A stretch of DNA of 64,000 nucleotides from Octopus vulgaris (lineage: Eukaryota): positions 2,170,001 through 2,234,000 of the forward strand of contig OX597819.1 of NCBI GenBank assembly GCA_951406725.2, in the 5' to 3' direction. Made by a program: the position numbers and the translations under genes. Under the pieces are notes generated by a model, which ran no database searches, was not told the DNA's origin, and saw only the letters and a program-made list of their open reading frames with translations. Position 1 is the first letter of the stretch. Each line of letters starts with the position of its first letter. Shown piece by piece: positions 13,071 to 29,974 of the stretch.

Positions 13071-13779
13071 TGTATATTCCCATAGACAGGTCCAAATTAA
13101 CTATTAAGTGATGTGAACACTAGCTTGGGGGCACCAAGGGAAAGTGGAATCATAGAAGCTTTTGCAGTGTTGGATAATATATTAAAAAGCTATGAAAATA
13201 TGGATTTCTTCATACTTATATTACTAACGAATAAATAATTTTTATACGTGTCTTAATTTAATAAAACGATAAAAGAAAGGAAAACGGGTTAAAATCAGGA
13301 TAGCTTTGGCCTCTGGCTTCAAGAATGTCTTGGAACGAAACAGAATTTTTTTATGTCAATTCATACTCAGCAATCCTGTCTTGAAGTCTTATCATTGACA
13401 CAATAAAAACGTCGATGGACACAACCGTTGGACTGTGCTTAGCACATCCGTTGACCTTAATCTGGCTCAGGCAATACATGTACAAGAGGAGAAGCTGTGT
13501 TTGTACAAATGTACGTAGAAATGATGTATTTCTGGTACGGAGTGAAACACATGCGTGCTCATTGGTGCGTACGAGCTAAACGAAAACATATTTCCTGCAT
13601 TATATATGGATAGATAACTAGTAAAATCTGATTTATATGTGTGTGTGTGTGTATGTATGTATATGCATGTGTGAGTGTGTGTGTCTATGTCTATGTGTGC
13701 TGGTGCATGACAGTACATATATTTATATATATTTATATACACCCCCAAAAACACACACCACATGATACATATGTGTGTG

Positions 13780-13830
<51 letters not shown>

Positions 13831-14034
13831 AAATACGTATTTCCTTATATATGTATAACTATGTAAGAATGTATATTTGTATCTACATACTTTATATATA
13901 TATATATCATCATCATCACCATATACATATTCATATTTACATACAGACGTACAAACTGACTGACAGATGGATACATAGATACATAGACACTCAGACAGAC
14001 AGAGAGACAAACAAACAGATAGATTGATAGATAC

Positions 14035-14433
14035 ACACATACATACATACAAACATACATACATACACATAAATACATACATACATACATACATACATAC
14101 ATACATACATACATACATACATACAAACATACATACATACAAACATACATACATACATACATACATACATACAAACATACACACATACATACATACATAC
14201 ATACAAACATACACACATACATACATACATACATACATACATACATACATACATACATACATACAAACATACACACATACATACATACATACATACATAC
14301 ATACATACATACATACATACATGCATACATACATACATACATACATGCATACATACATACATACATACATACATGCATACATGCATACATACAAACATAC
14401 ACACATACATACATACATACATACATACATACA

Positions 14434-14467
<34 letters not shown>

Positions 14468-14470
14468 CAT
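14035..14470. repeat. (CATA)n microsatellite
   Basis: Directly visible. Confidence 0.97.
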
Positions 14471-14886
14471 ACATACGTACATAGAAACACAGTCAGACAG
14501 ATAGACGGACAGATATTCAGTCAATCAAATAGTCGGGTGGCTCCTTTGGTTTCGCTAGTACAAGTTTCAGGATTTGAGAGAAGACTGTGTGTGGTGCATT
14601 CGGCAAGTGTCTTCTACAAGAGACCCAAGTTCAGCAATGCGGAATTTGGCGCATTTTAACTTGCTCCTTCTTATACTTAAGCCACAATAACACGAACAAA
14701 ACTATTCTGTGAAAAGTCGAAAACCATGTGGAAGCAAAGTGAGAAAAACACACACACACATATATGTGTGTGTGTGTATGTGTGTGTGTGTACACATTTG
14801 TACGTGCATATTTATATATGTATATATTATATGTAAATAGTATACAAATAAGTTTACACGCGCGCGTGCACACATATATATGTAAT

Positions 14887-14917
<31 letters not shown>

Positions 14918-15029
14918 CATATATATGGGCTTGTGTATATGTGTGTGTGTGTGATTGTATGTGTGTATACATATAAGCACACATGTATGTAATATGTATA
15001 TAAATATTATATATAACATGTGAGTGTAT

Positions 15030-15390
15030 ATTCTTTTATTCTTTTACTTGTTTCAGTCATTTGACTGCGGCCATGCTGGAGTACCGCCTTTAGTCGAACG
15101 AATCGACCCCAGGACTTATTTTTTGTAAGCTGAGTACTTATTCTATCGGTGTCTTTGGCCGAACCGCTAAGCTACGGGAGGTGGAAACACACCAACATCG
15201 GCTGTGAAATGGTGGTGGGGGACAAACACAGACAGAAATATATACACATATACATGTACGACGGGCTTCTTTAAGTTTGCGGCTACCAAATACACACACA
15301 AGGCTTTGGTTGGTCCGAGGCTATAGTGGAAGACAGATGCCCAAGGTGCCACGCAGTAGGACTGAACCAGGAACCATGTGGCTGGAAAAT
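15030..15390 (-). mobile_element. tRNA-derived CORE-like SINE (family A)
   Basis: GGTTCAGTCC..CTGCGTGGCACCTTGGGCA..TGTCTTC body and GCGGT.CTCCAGCATGGCCGCAGTCAAATGACTGAAACAAGTAAAAG tail. Further copies or fragments at ~9500-9740, 11500-11670, 22980-23230(+), 42740-42950, 50040-50380(+), 55695-56050(+), 58850-59010, 60875-61100 and 62040-62190. Confidence 0.85.
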
Positions 15391-15429
15391 TATATGTGTG
15401 TATATATTGCATTATATTATATGCACACA

Positions 15430-15473
<44 letters not shown>

Positions 15474-15476
15474 TAT

Positions 15477-15565
<89 letters not shown>

Positions 15566-15741
15566 CATACATATGTATAAATAAATGCATAGATCTATGA
15601 ATATTCATTTATATATATGTATGTATATGTATATATATATGTGTGTGTGTGTATAAACATATGAATATATGCATATGTATAAATATATATATATATATAC
15701 ATATATACATTTACACACACACATACACACATACACACATA

Positions 15742-15780
<39 letters not shown>

Positions 15781-16234
15781 GTGTGTATATACATATGCAT
15801 ATGTAGATATACATACTCACACACACACACGCATATGTATGTATATGTACGTATATTGATAAATTATTATACATACACACACGCACACATATTGACACGT
15901 GTGTGCATGTGCGCGTGCGCGTCTCTTTGCGAGTATATAGGCGTTTCTCTCTGTCTCTGGAACGTATACTTCATTGGTGTTAGTACAAGGATATCGTATA
16001 ATACTTTGCATAAATCATTCATATTAATATCTGTTTCTTGTATATCTGTGCGTTTGTACGCGCGCGCGTGTGAGTACTGATATAGATGCATATACATATG
16101 TTTATATATATATATATATATGTATGTATATATGTATATATATATATATATAAGTATGTATGTATGCATGCATGTATATGTATATATGTATATGTATACA
16201 TATAAATAAACACACACACACATACATACATACA

Positions 16235-16266
<32 letters not shown>

Positions 16267-16317
16267 GATATAGATATTCATAAATATATGTCTGTACTTA
16301 TATGTAAGCATATAAAC

Positions 16318-16387
<70 letters not shown>

Positions 16388-16485
16388 ATTTATACATATA
16401 CATATATATATACGTAGACACTCTCATATACATGCAGAGACATATATATGTATATAATGATGATAATAATAATAATAATAATAAT

Positions 16486-16535
<50 letters not shown>

Positions 16536-16628
16536 TAATAATAAAGGGTAAAATTAATTAATTAATTAATTAGTAATTAATAAAGTAACGTATATAAAAG
16601 TATATAAAGTAATGTATATATAAAGTAA

Positions 16629-16693
<65 letters not shown>

Positions 16694-16919
16694 ACGGACT
16701 CACACATACATGCATGAATATCATCACTGTATAATGCATAAGAATAAAACTATATATATTCTTCATAATATGCAAATGATGGAACGGAAGAATATTTCAG
16801 AATAATGAATGGATAGTTGCAAATAAATAAACCATCAACGCCTATGTCTTTCAATATACAGAACGCATAAGTACTTCTGTTTTTCTTTTTTTTTTTTCAT
16901 ACATACGTATGTGCTTGCA

Positions 16920-16955
<36 letters not shown>

Positions 16956-17452
16956 CAATTGCGTGCATGTATGTGTGTGTGTATATATGCGTCCATGTGT
17001 GTGAGTACACACACATACACTCACACAGGCATACATGCCAACATGTGAGAACTTAAATTTTTACTGACATTTATTTGAGATATAATTTATTTATTACTTT
17101 ATATACGTAGGTAGACAGACAGATGAACATCCCGACGGATAGATAGATAGAGAGTGAGAGAGAAAGAGAGAGAGAGAGGGAGGGAGGTCAAACATATAGA
17201 GAGATAAATAGATCGACAGATACATAGTAAGAATTGCGGTTCTTTGGGAGCGGGGGTTAATGAATTATATATATGAAATACAAGATATAGGAATTGAAAA
17301 TAATATAAAGTCTGTGAAAAATATATAACGGTCGTAGGAATCTATGTTTTTTTTTTTGTTTTATATATATGTGTAGGAGCTCAATTTTGTATATAGTTTT
17401 TCTTTCCCACTCTCTCTGTATGTATGTATATAAGCGCGCGCACACATACCAC

Positions 17453-17483
<31 letters not shown>

Positions 17484-17517
17484 CATATATATATATATAT
17501 ATATAAAACATTTATAC

Positions 17518-17614
<97 letters not shown>

Positions 17615-17744
17615 TGTATATGCATACATACGTTTCGCATGCAATTAGGCAGGGAGGTAGATAATAGAGAGACAGACCGACCGTCAGACAGACAAACAGA
17701 TTGATACAAAGATAGATAGATAGGTAGGCAGGTAGTTAGCTAGC

Positions 17745-18022
<278 letters not shown>

Positions 18023-19009
18023 ATAAAGCATGAGAGACCAAGATGAAGAAAGTAAAGGAACGAGCAAGTAGGAAAATATATTTCGAAAACCTCTATAAAT
18101 ATACACATGCAATGCCCTACTGACTTGCCAGTATTAATTCACTAAAAGGATAAAGTTTTGTTTGTGTATATTATCTTATAAACCTCCAAAAGGGGCAGTA
18201 TTTGTTGCTGCCTTGCAGTAACTTGCTAGTTGGTGAATAGGTTGCTTCAATTAGGTGGATGGATGATACTATCTCGAACTGAAAAACATTTAAGCTATAT
18301 TTATCTGCGTGCGGCTAACAGAAAGCTTGTAGTCGGAAATGACCTTTCCTTTCATTTAAATTAAACATGATAAAGTTAAAGGCACAAGGTCGACATATCC
18401 GCTGCATCTCTATTGTAAATTTAATTGCCTTTCTTTTAAAATATCCACCCTAACAAGCCACTTAAGTAGTGTTCATGCTGTGGTGGTGGGGGGGGAGTTG
18501 TTCTTATCAGATAAGTTTGCCTAATATTTTCCTAAAATGTCATTTAGATATTGCGTTGCTGAATTTAATGTAAAAGACGTATGTATAAAGGATGTAAAGT
18601 GATGCTGCAATGAATAAACAGATACGTGCTGCGTCGTATGAAGTACTATAGATAAATTATCTTATTTTGACTGTAAAGTAAGAGGAAGAAAGAGGAAAGC
18701 ATAGTGACCGAAACAATGTGGTAAGGAGGAATGTAAATCACGTAGTAGCTAAGTCATAGAATCAAATTTCGATTCGGAGAAAAGTGTACCAATATTTAAT
18801 GAAGAAGGTGAGTAGCTAACGCAGCAGAACTGTTAGTTCAATATAGACATTTGTTTGGATTACAAACTACTGGAATATCTTGCTACCGAAGATAAAGAAT
18901 ATTTGAGGGAAATAGTCTTACTGACTGAAGCATAGAAGAAAATAACATAAGGAATCAGCAATATATATAGATAGATAATACAATTAAAGGCCCCTAAATT
19001 AGTAATACA

Positions 19010-19058
<49 letters not shown>

Positions 19059-19061
19059 TAT

Positions 19062-21343
<2,282 letters not shown>

Positions 21344-21357
21344 TAATAATAATAATG

Positions 21358-21424
<67 letters not shown>

Positions 21425-21447
21425 TGATGATGATGATGATGATGATG

Positions 21448-21519
<72 letters not shown>

Positions 21520-22181
21520 TGGACCTGTGCGTTGGAGGAAATCAACAAGTATGGAAGAATGATTTACACTTCAAATATTCAGTGGATATTTACATTTGTA
21601 ACTGAACTTTTGGAGAATTTTAACATCATAAAGAGTCAAATACTGAAAAGGAAAGAAAAAATAATGATGATGATGAGGATGATGATGATGAGGATGATAA
21701 ATTTATTTGGTCGAGAAACAAGTTAATTTAGTGATATAGTACGCATGTGCATGGTAAATATGCTTACAATTATCATGGTAAATTTGATTGTTGCATAGCA
21801 TGATTTAAATTAATATTTCTTTTAGGATAACATCACCTTCAAATGAACACGCATCGAAAGTTACCCTACTCGTAAGTAAGCACATCGGAGTCGATGGAAT
21901 GAATTCGAACTCCTTATGCTTATATGAATCTGAAGAACCGGGAGATAATTGACCTACGGTTCTTACCTGAATATTTCGTCTATTTTCTACATGATATTTT
22001 AATCAGCAAATTTATATTTTCAAGTAGTTTAGACTAAAATCTTTACATAATCCACATTAGATGATGCAAACGACTCCCAATTTTTACTCGCGCCGATAAA
22101 ATGCCTATTAAATGCACATGTATAAATAAATACACACATACACACACATCACAATATGCCTCCGTGTTTGTATGTCAGTAA

Positions 22182-22227
<46 letters not shown>

Positions 22228-22320
22228 GTGTGCTTTAATATATATATATACATATATAAATATATAAATTTATAAATATAGATATAGATATATACATACA
22301 TTTATACTAGTATATATATG

Positions 22321-22368
<48 letters not shown>

Positions 22369-22587
22369 CGTGTGTGTGTGTATTCAGGTGTACATACGTA
22401 AATGTATATACAAACATGCATATATATATATATATATAGAAGTAGATAAATGAATTATCTTATTACGGATTATTCAAATGATAACTGATACCTGGGTAGC
22501 AAAAATCACAACAGAAAAAGCACGGTTGAGGTTACGACCATGGGGTCTAAAATCCGTGCCTTCGTTCAGCTCCATTTCTTCCTACAC

Positions 22588-22642
<55 letters not shown>

Positions 22643-22695
22643 ATGTATTAATGTATATATATATATATATATATATGTATTTATATATATATATG

Positions 22696-22765
<70 letters not shown>

Positions 22766-22769
22766 TATG

Positions 22770-22811
<42 letters not shown>

Positions 22812-23485
22812 GCTAAGGGCCGGGATCAGTCGATCCTTTTCAGGTATATTTCGTAACCTCACTCTCTGTTTGTTTCCCCCGCTCTCCATCACTCAGTCCC
22901 TATTTGATACCTACACCAGGGTATCTACTCCACTACCCTACCATTCATACTGCCAGCCCACAACACGACCCCGAGTTGTTATAGATATGTGGTTCCGGGT
23001 TCAGTGCTATTGCATGGCAACATCCGCATAAAGCGAGGCTGGATTTGGTAGACGGAAACTGAAAGAATCCCATTGTATATGCGTGTGCGTGTGTCTGTAT
23101 ATTTGTGTGCGCCCGTGACTGTATGTGTTGTTTCCTCCCACCACCACCAGTACTTGACAACTAGTGTTGGTTTGTTTACGTCCCCGTAACTTAGTTGTTC
23201 AGAAAAAGTAAGTTGGTGGATAGAGGAGTTGGTTAAGAAAAACAATGACGGGTGTGTATGTGTGTGCGCGCGCGTACCTAACATATAGGGGGATCTGACA
23301 GTATCGTTTAAATGTCAGAAAAAAATAATTTGCAAGCATATGTTTTGTCTCCTTATGCTCCGAGTTCGAACCCAATTTTAGGTTCGAACTCGGAACGTAA
23401 GCAGGCAATTTTATTTTCCATTGGAATAGTGGTGTCCATCAACCCTGTCTCACTTTAAAATTGAGAATACATACATACATGCATA

Positions 23486-23562
<77 letters not shown>

Positions 23563-23569
23563 GGTAACA

Positions 23570-23875
23570 AAGACATGTGTCCTAGTGGCTAGGTCGTGAG
23601 TTCGATTCCCATGACGGAGCGTCGTGTCCTTGTACAAGACACATTTTGTATTTCTCGTTGTTCTAGTCTATTCAACTGGCAAAAATGAGTTGTACCCGTA
23701 ATTCAAAGGGCCGGTTTTACTCCACTTTGTTTAGTTCTGAATCTCCGAGAACAACGTTAAAAGATAGGAGAGAGTGTGTAGAGTGTTTACTTGCTCGTTA
23801 GATTTACGAGCAAGTTGTGTCGTTGACCGAATCAACTGAGACAATCAACCTCGTAACCAACCGATGGCGAACCAG

Positions 23876-23878
<3 letters not shown>
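23570..23878 (+). mobile_element. tRNA-derived CORE-like SINE (family C)
   Basis: B box GAGTTCGATTCC, then GTGTCCTTG..CAAGACAC..CTGGCAAAAATGAG. Another copy lies at 61175-61480(-), with fragments at ~24990-25020 and 58010-58110. Confidence 0.7.
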
Positions 23879-23934
<56 letters not shown>

Positions 23935-24834
23935 ACTGTATCTCTCTTTCTAACTCTCCCCCTCTCTCTATCTCTGTCTCTTTGTCTTACTGTTTCTCTC
24001 TCTCACACTCTCTCTCTCTATATATATATAATATAATATATATATATTATATATGCATATATATATATATTATATACATATATATATACGTATATATATA
24101 TATATCACATATATATATAGTGTATATATATACATATACATATACATATATACACATATACATACACATATGTATATAAATATATACATATACACACACA
24201 CGTGCAAAGATGTATGTGTGTACCAAGAGAAAGAAAAGGAATGATAATGAAGATATTTGTCTGTGTCCTAGAATAGTAAAACTTCAATATCATGTCTCGA
24301 ACCATCAAAACTGATAAATCTTGTGGCTCCTGTTTTACTATAGAACTTTATAATGAACAATTGTAATCCTTTTGGTTCCATTTGCGAAAATATAACGAAT
24401 ACATTTTTATTTTCAGGAGAGATTTATACTGAAATCCCAATGCTATTTTCATCCAAAGTTTTCTTTAAATGCCTAGACAAAAAGTGCATATTTATTATAT
24501 TCAAAGAATTTGTCTTATCCTTGTATCAGTGTTGATTTCGTATTTCCTTTCTTTGGCATATATCTTTCTTAACAGAGATTCCCTATATATGTGTATGCGT
24601 ATGTATTCATGTGTATATGTGAAAGAGTAGTATGATGTGTGTATGCGAGCGTATGTTTTTGTGTGTGAATTTATGTCTGAATATTTACAATACATATATA
24701 CATGGTGAGCGTATAATTCGCGGAAGCACGATATACGCTACCAACTCATGCTCGATTCCGAGCGACGATTCTGGCTTATAGTCCTTATATATATTTATTT
24801 TGCGCGCGCGGAAATACACACATAATAAATGTAT

Positions 24835-24888
<54 letters not shown>

Positions 24889-25094
24889 GTATATAAAACT
24901 TGCGATATGTCTGCGTCTATGACTGTGGATGTATAAAATAAAGATACATTTATGTGTACATGTGCGTGCGCGTGCAAAATAAACGTATATTTGTGTCACG
25001 CTGAATCTCCGAAAACTACGCTATATATATATATGCACACATATATTCTCATACACGCACACACAACATCTATATATATATATTTATATATTAA

Positions 25095-25177
25095 TTCACC
25101 CGAAGAAAACGGTCTTTATACGTGATATAATTATTTAATTCATCAAGAAAGAACATGTCTGAAACAGCTGTAGTGAA
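25095..25177 (+). ncRNA. Hammerhead motif, CCGAAGA core variant
   Basis: UUCAC-CCGAAGA-...-GAAA-C-AGCU-G-UA-GUGAA. Stem I is perfect; stem II is long and degenerate. Confidence 0.6.
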
Positions 25178-25248
25178 CCTCAACCTATCTATCTATCTAT
25201 CTATCTATATATCTCTCTCTATATATATATATCTATATTATATATATC

Positions 25249-25323
<75 letters not shown>

Positions 25324-25966
25324 GTATGTATGTATGCTTGCATGCATATATGTATGCATGTATGTATGTATTATGCATGTATGTATCTCACCTGACCTAT
25401 GGTGTTAATTGTCTTACGAAAGTTATGAATGGCATAGCTATTCTCTGCGATATTTGATGGCCTCGAATAGCGTCACACAAACTCATTATAAAGCCGGAGC
25501 CTTGTTGAAAATAGCAGACATGTAAGTTATTCCATCTTTTATCCCTTTACTTTCGAATACTGTGTTTATATACTTAAAGCGGTGTACACGTGTTCACGAG
25601 CATGCGTGCGCACGCTTGCGTGCGCACGCTTGCGTGCCTGTCTACTCAACCCTTCCTGTAAACATTTACATGCATAGTCCACAAGGTAAGAAACAATTTA
25701 CTAAGATTTGAAGGGAAGTAACTTCATACACAGTACTTTGAGTTACCTTTTCAATGACTGCAATGAATAAAATAGAGAATGAAATTGTTAATTCCTTCCG
25801 AGGAATTAAAAGTTTCATGTTTCAAACAATTTCTTTCTCTTCATCACTCAGCCAAGAATTTTTACACCCAGGATGTGCCTGTCACTAGGACCGGTTCCCT
25901 GTATTGTAGGCGTGTGTACTACGTATGTATGTAAGTATGTATGTATGCATCTATGTAAGTATATAA

Positions 25967-26045
<79 letters not shown>

Positions 26046-26208
26046 CAAATGTAAAAAAATACAAACTGGGACAAGAACGTAAAACATTTAGGAGACGATA
26101 CTAAAAACACGGACGGGACATTCGAAGCCTTCAATCATATATATATATATAATTATAATCATACAAACAAGCGACACTACTTAAGCACACACACACGCGC
26201 GCACAAAC

Positions 26209-26274
<66 letters not shown>

Positions 26275-26550
26275 CCATATCCATATATAATGTTGCATGC
26301 GTGTGTATGTGTGCGGTGTGTGTACCTGTGTATTTGGCTCTGCGTGTGTGTGTGTGTCTGTCTTTTTGTCTCTCTGTCTGTTAGTTTGTCTCTCTGTCTG
26401 TCTGTATGTATGTATGTGTGTGTGTGTGTGTATGTATGTGTATGTGTATGTATGTATGTATGTATGTATGTATGTATGTATGTATGTGTGCCCGCGCGAG
26501 TGAGTGTGTGTAGCAGAGTCGAGGTGATTGATATTGTCCTTCATGCAATG

Positions 26551-26551
<1 letters not shown>

Positions 26552-26606
<55 letters not shown>

Positions 26607-26608
26607 GC

Positions 26609-26657
<49 letters not shown>

Positions 26658-26717
26658 CTATTCTTTTATTATTATTATTGTTATTATTATTATTATTATT
26701 ATCACTATTATTAATAC

Positions 26718-26812
<95 letters not shown>

Positions 26813-26890
26813 CTATTCTTTTATTATTATTATTGTTATTATTATTATTATTATTATCACTATTATTAATACTATTATTATTATTATTAT

Positions 26891-26922
<32 letters not shown>

Positions 26923-26970
26923 TTCCTTTATTATTATTATTATTATTATGATTATTATTATTATTATTAT

Positions 26971-27020
<50 letters not shown>

Positions 27021-27024
27021 TTCC

Positions 27025-27087
<63 letters not shown>
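26552..27087. repeat. Compound (ATT)n/(AGT)n microsatellite with block duplications
   Basis: Four alternations of ATT and AGT blocks with recurring linkers (TACTATTCTTT, TATTCCTTT, ATCACTATTATTAATAC). Confidence 0.95.
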
Positions 27088-27088
<1 letters not shown>

Positions 27089-27223
27089 CACCCTTGCCAA
27101 CTCTCATGATCTTACAATCACGAGGCTTAACTGCAGTTGATGGAACACTTGAAAAGGGGATTAAGAGATATTATGAACAGAAATATGCACAACTGAAATC
27201 ACAGACACTGGCTGATAATACAT

Positions 27224-27225
<2 letters not shown>
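27087..27225 (-). mobile_element. Short insertion between (ATT)n and (ACT)n tracts; candidate truncated 3' end of a non-LTR element
   Basis: A 140-bp complex island that runs directly into (AAT)n on the minus strand. Confidence 0.35.
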
Positions 27226-27276
<51 letters not shown>

Positions 27277-27319
27277 TTACTACTACTACTGTTACTACTA
27301 CTACTACTAGTAGTAGTAG

Positions 27320-29446
27320 TATAGGCACAAGTCCAGTAGTATTGAAGTGGCCTGTTTACGACATAGAACCCCAGCACTTGACTCAATTTGATTGACCTCG
27401 AATATGTGAAAGCAAAGTTGCCTCGACGGGATTTGAACTTGGAACGTTAAGAACCAGAAAAAATACCACGGAGTATTTTTGTTTCGATGGGCTCACAATT
27501 CTGCTATAATGCAGAAAAATTATTTCTGATTTTGGTACATAGTCCAACAATTTTGAAATGGGGAGTGGGGGGAGCAAGTCGATTTCATCAACCCCGGTGC
27601 TTAACTGGTACTTGTTTTGGGGAAATTCTGCTTTTCAGACGGCATATAACCCCCTCATAATGTTTTGTTTTTTTTGGGAATTTTCAGAAAACTTTTGTGA
27701 GTTTGTGTTCACAAATTTATATGATTAAACAAAAAAAAAATATTATTTTTCGAAATTTTCCTTTTTGATCACTGTTTAAAATACGGACAGGCCGAATTTT
27801 GGGCTTAAATCCCAGCATAGACCATCAAATATGTTTATGGAGTGAAAGATATTGAAGAAACTCAATACGTCAGAGTGAGAAACAAGCAAGGACGGTATGA
27901 GGTTGTCATGAGATGTGCTAAATATAACAGCTAAATACCCCTTAAATCTCACACAATTCTTTTTGTTACTTTTTACATAGTCGTATGCTTTCCCGTGTGT
28001 AGCAAGAAATTTCTCAAAATTTCAAAAAATAAATTAAAAAGTTATGAGGGTTTAATGCCGTGCGTTAAGCAGAATTCCGCCCTTATTTGATCGATCCTGA
28101 AATGATGAAACGTTCTGCCAGTTCGTTACCTTAACAAGAATAATTTCAAATTTTGGCGCAAGGCCTACAATTTCAGGGAAGGGTAAGTCTGTTATATAGA
28201 CCTCAGTACTCAACTAGTACTTATTTTATCGACCCCAGAAGGACGAAAGGCAAAGTCGACCACTGCAGAATTTGAACCCAGAACATGGAGACGGACGAAA
28301 TACCGCTGAGTATTTCGCGCGGTGGGCTAACGATTCTGCCAGCTCGCTGCCTCGTTACCCCAATAATAATTATTATTATTGTTGTTTCTACTATAGGCAC
28401 AAGACTTGAAAAATTGGCGGTTGTAGGGTATAATCCATCACTTCAATACTAACGTTTGACTTGCGCTTATTTGATCGACTCCGAAAGGTTGAAAGACAAA
28501 GTCGACCTCGGCGGAATTTTAACTCAGTACCTAAATATGGAAGAAATGACGATACGTATTTTTGTCCGGTGTGCAACAATAATGATAATAATCCTTTCTA
28601 CTCCTTTCAGCTAGCTCACTGCTTTAACAACAACAACAACAACAATAATAATAATAATAATCCTTTCTATTATAGACACAAGGCCTTACATTTTTGTAGA
28701 GGAGACTAGTCGATTTCATCGACCCCAGTGTTTCACTGGTTCATAATTTCTCGACCCCGAAAGGATGAAAGGCATAGTCAACCTCGGCATTATTTGAACT
28801 CGGAAACTAGGGACGGACGAAATACCGTTAAGCATCTCGTCCACCTTGCTAACGATTCTGCCAGCTCGCTGCCTTGAATAATAATAGTAATAATAATGAT
28901 TTTAAATGTTTGCCAAAGAGCCAGCAGTTATTGAGAGAAGGAGTAAGTCGATTACATCGGCCCTAGTACCTGACAGATACAAATTTTATCAACCTCAAAA
29001 GGATGAAAAGCAAGCTCGCCCTCGGCAAGATTATAGAGGGATGAAATCCGCTAGGCACTTCTTCCGGTGTGATAATTGTTCTGCCAGCTCGCTGCCTTAA
29101 TAACAACAATAATAACAATATTTTTTAATACAGGCACAAGGCCTTAAAGTGGGTAAGTCGATTACATCGACACCAGTACCTCGATCTGAATACAATGAAA
29201 GGCAAAATCGATCTCGACGGAATTAGAACGCATAGGGGTACGAAATACTGCTAAGCCAGTAATTTCGGGAGTGGGGAGCCGATTATATCGACCCCAGTGA
29301 TCAACTAGTACTTATTTTATGAACCTCGAAAGGATGAAAGGCAAACACAACATCTACAGTATTTGAACTCAGCTCATGAAGACGGACGAAGTGTCGCTGA
29401 GCCTTTTGCCCGGCGCAGTAACCATTCTGCCAGCTCGCCGCCCTTA
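27320..29446 (-). mobile_element. Head-to-tail array of ~8 Meta/MESC SINE copies
   Basis: Copies at ~27322, 27520 (split by a MITE), 28140, 28388, 28658, 28900, 29120 and 29256, all in the same orientation. Confidence 0.85.
27619..28082. mobile_element. MITE with ~70-bp imperfect TIRs (GGG...CCC termini, possibly PIF/Harbinger), nested in a SINE
   Basis: GGGGAAATTCTGCTTTTCAGACGGCAT..CCCTCATAA versus TTATGAGGG..ATGCCGTGCGTTAAGCAGAATTCCGCCC. The SINE sequence resumes after it. Confidence 0.65.
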
Positions 29447-29544
29447 TAACAACAGCAGAAACGACACCAACAATTATCGCCGCCGCCGCTACTACCACCA
29501 CCACAACAACAACGACAATAATAATGATAATAATAATGATGACG

Positions 29545-29619
<75 letters not shown>

Positions 29620-29642
29620 TAATAATAATAATAATAATAATA

Positions 29643-29755
<113 letters not shown>

Positions 29756-29923
29756 CATTATTATTATTATTATCGTTATTATTGTTATTATAAATGAATA
29801 AATAAAAAATGTGCGTTTAAAAATTTTAGACAAGTTTGCTACTTTAGAAGAAGCTATTAAATCTATTGTTTAATAGATACACTAATATAAACAGTTCGAT
29901 ATATCGATATATACAATAGATAG

Positions 29924-29974
<51 letters not shown>

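Noticed and set aside
18640-18960. Possible RTE-type RT relic (..KLLEYLATED..REI..); also an R4-like relic at 21519-21600
   Set aside because: The similarity is too weak to support without a profile search.
21826-21871. Possible 46-nt host exon (TTTCTTTTAG...GTAAGT); also a 7-nt AG...GTAAG at ~32094
   Set aside because: Splice-like motifs are frequent by chance in AT-rich DNA, and there is no homology or partner exon.
27320-29446. Regularly recurring repeats resembling a CRISPR-like array
   Set aside because: The units are ~200-bp diverged SINEs with tRNA heads; there are no identical short repeats with unique spacers and no cas genes, and the context is eukaryotic.
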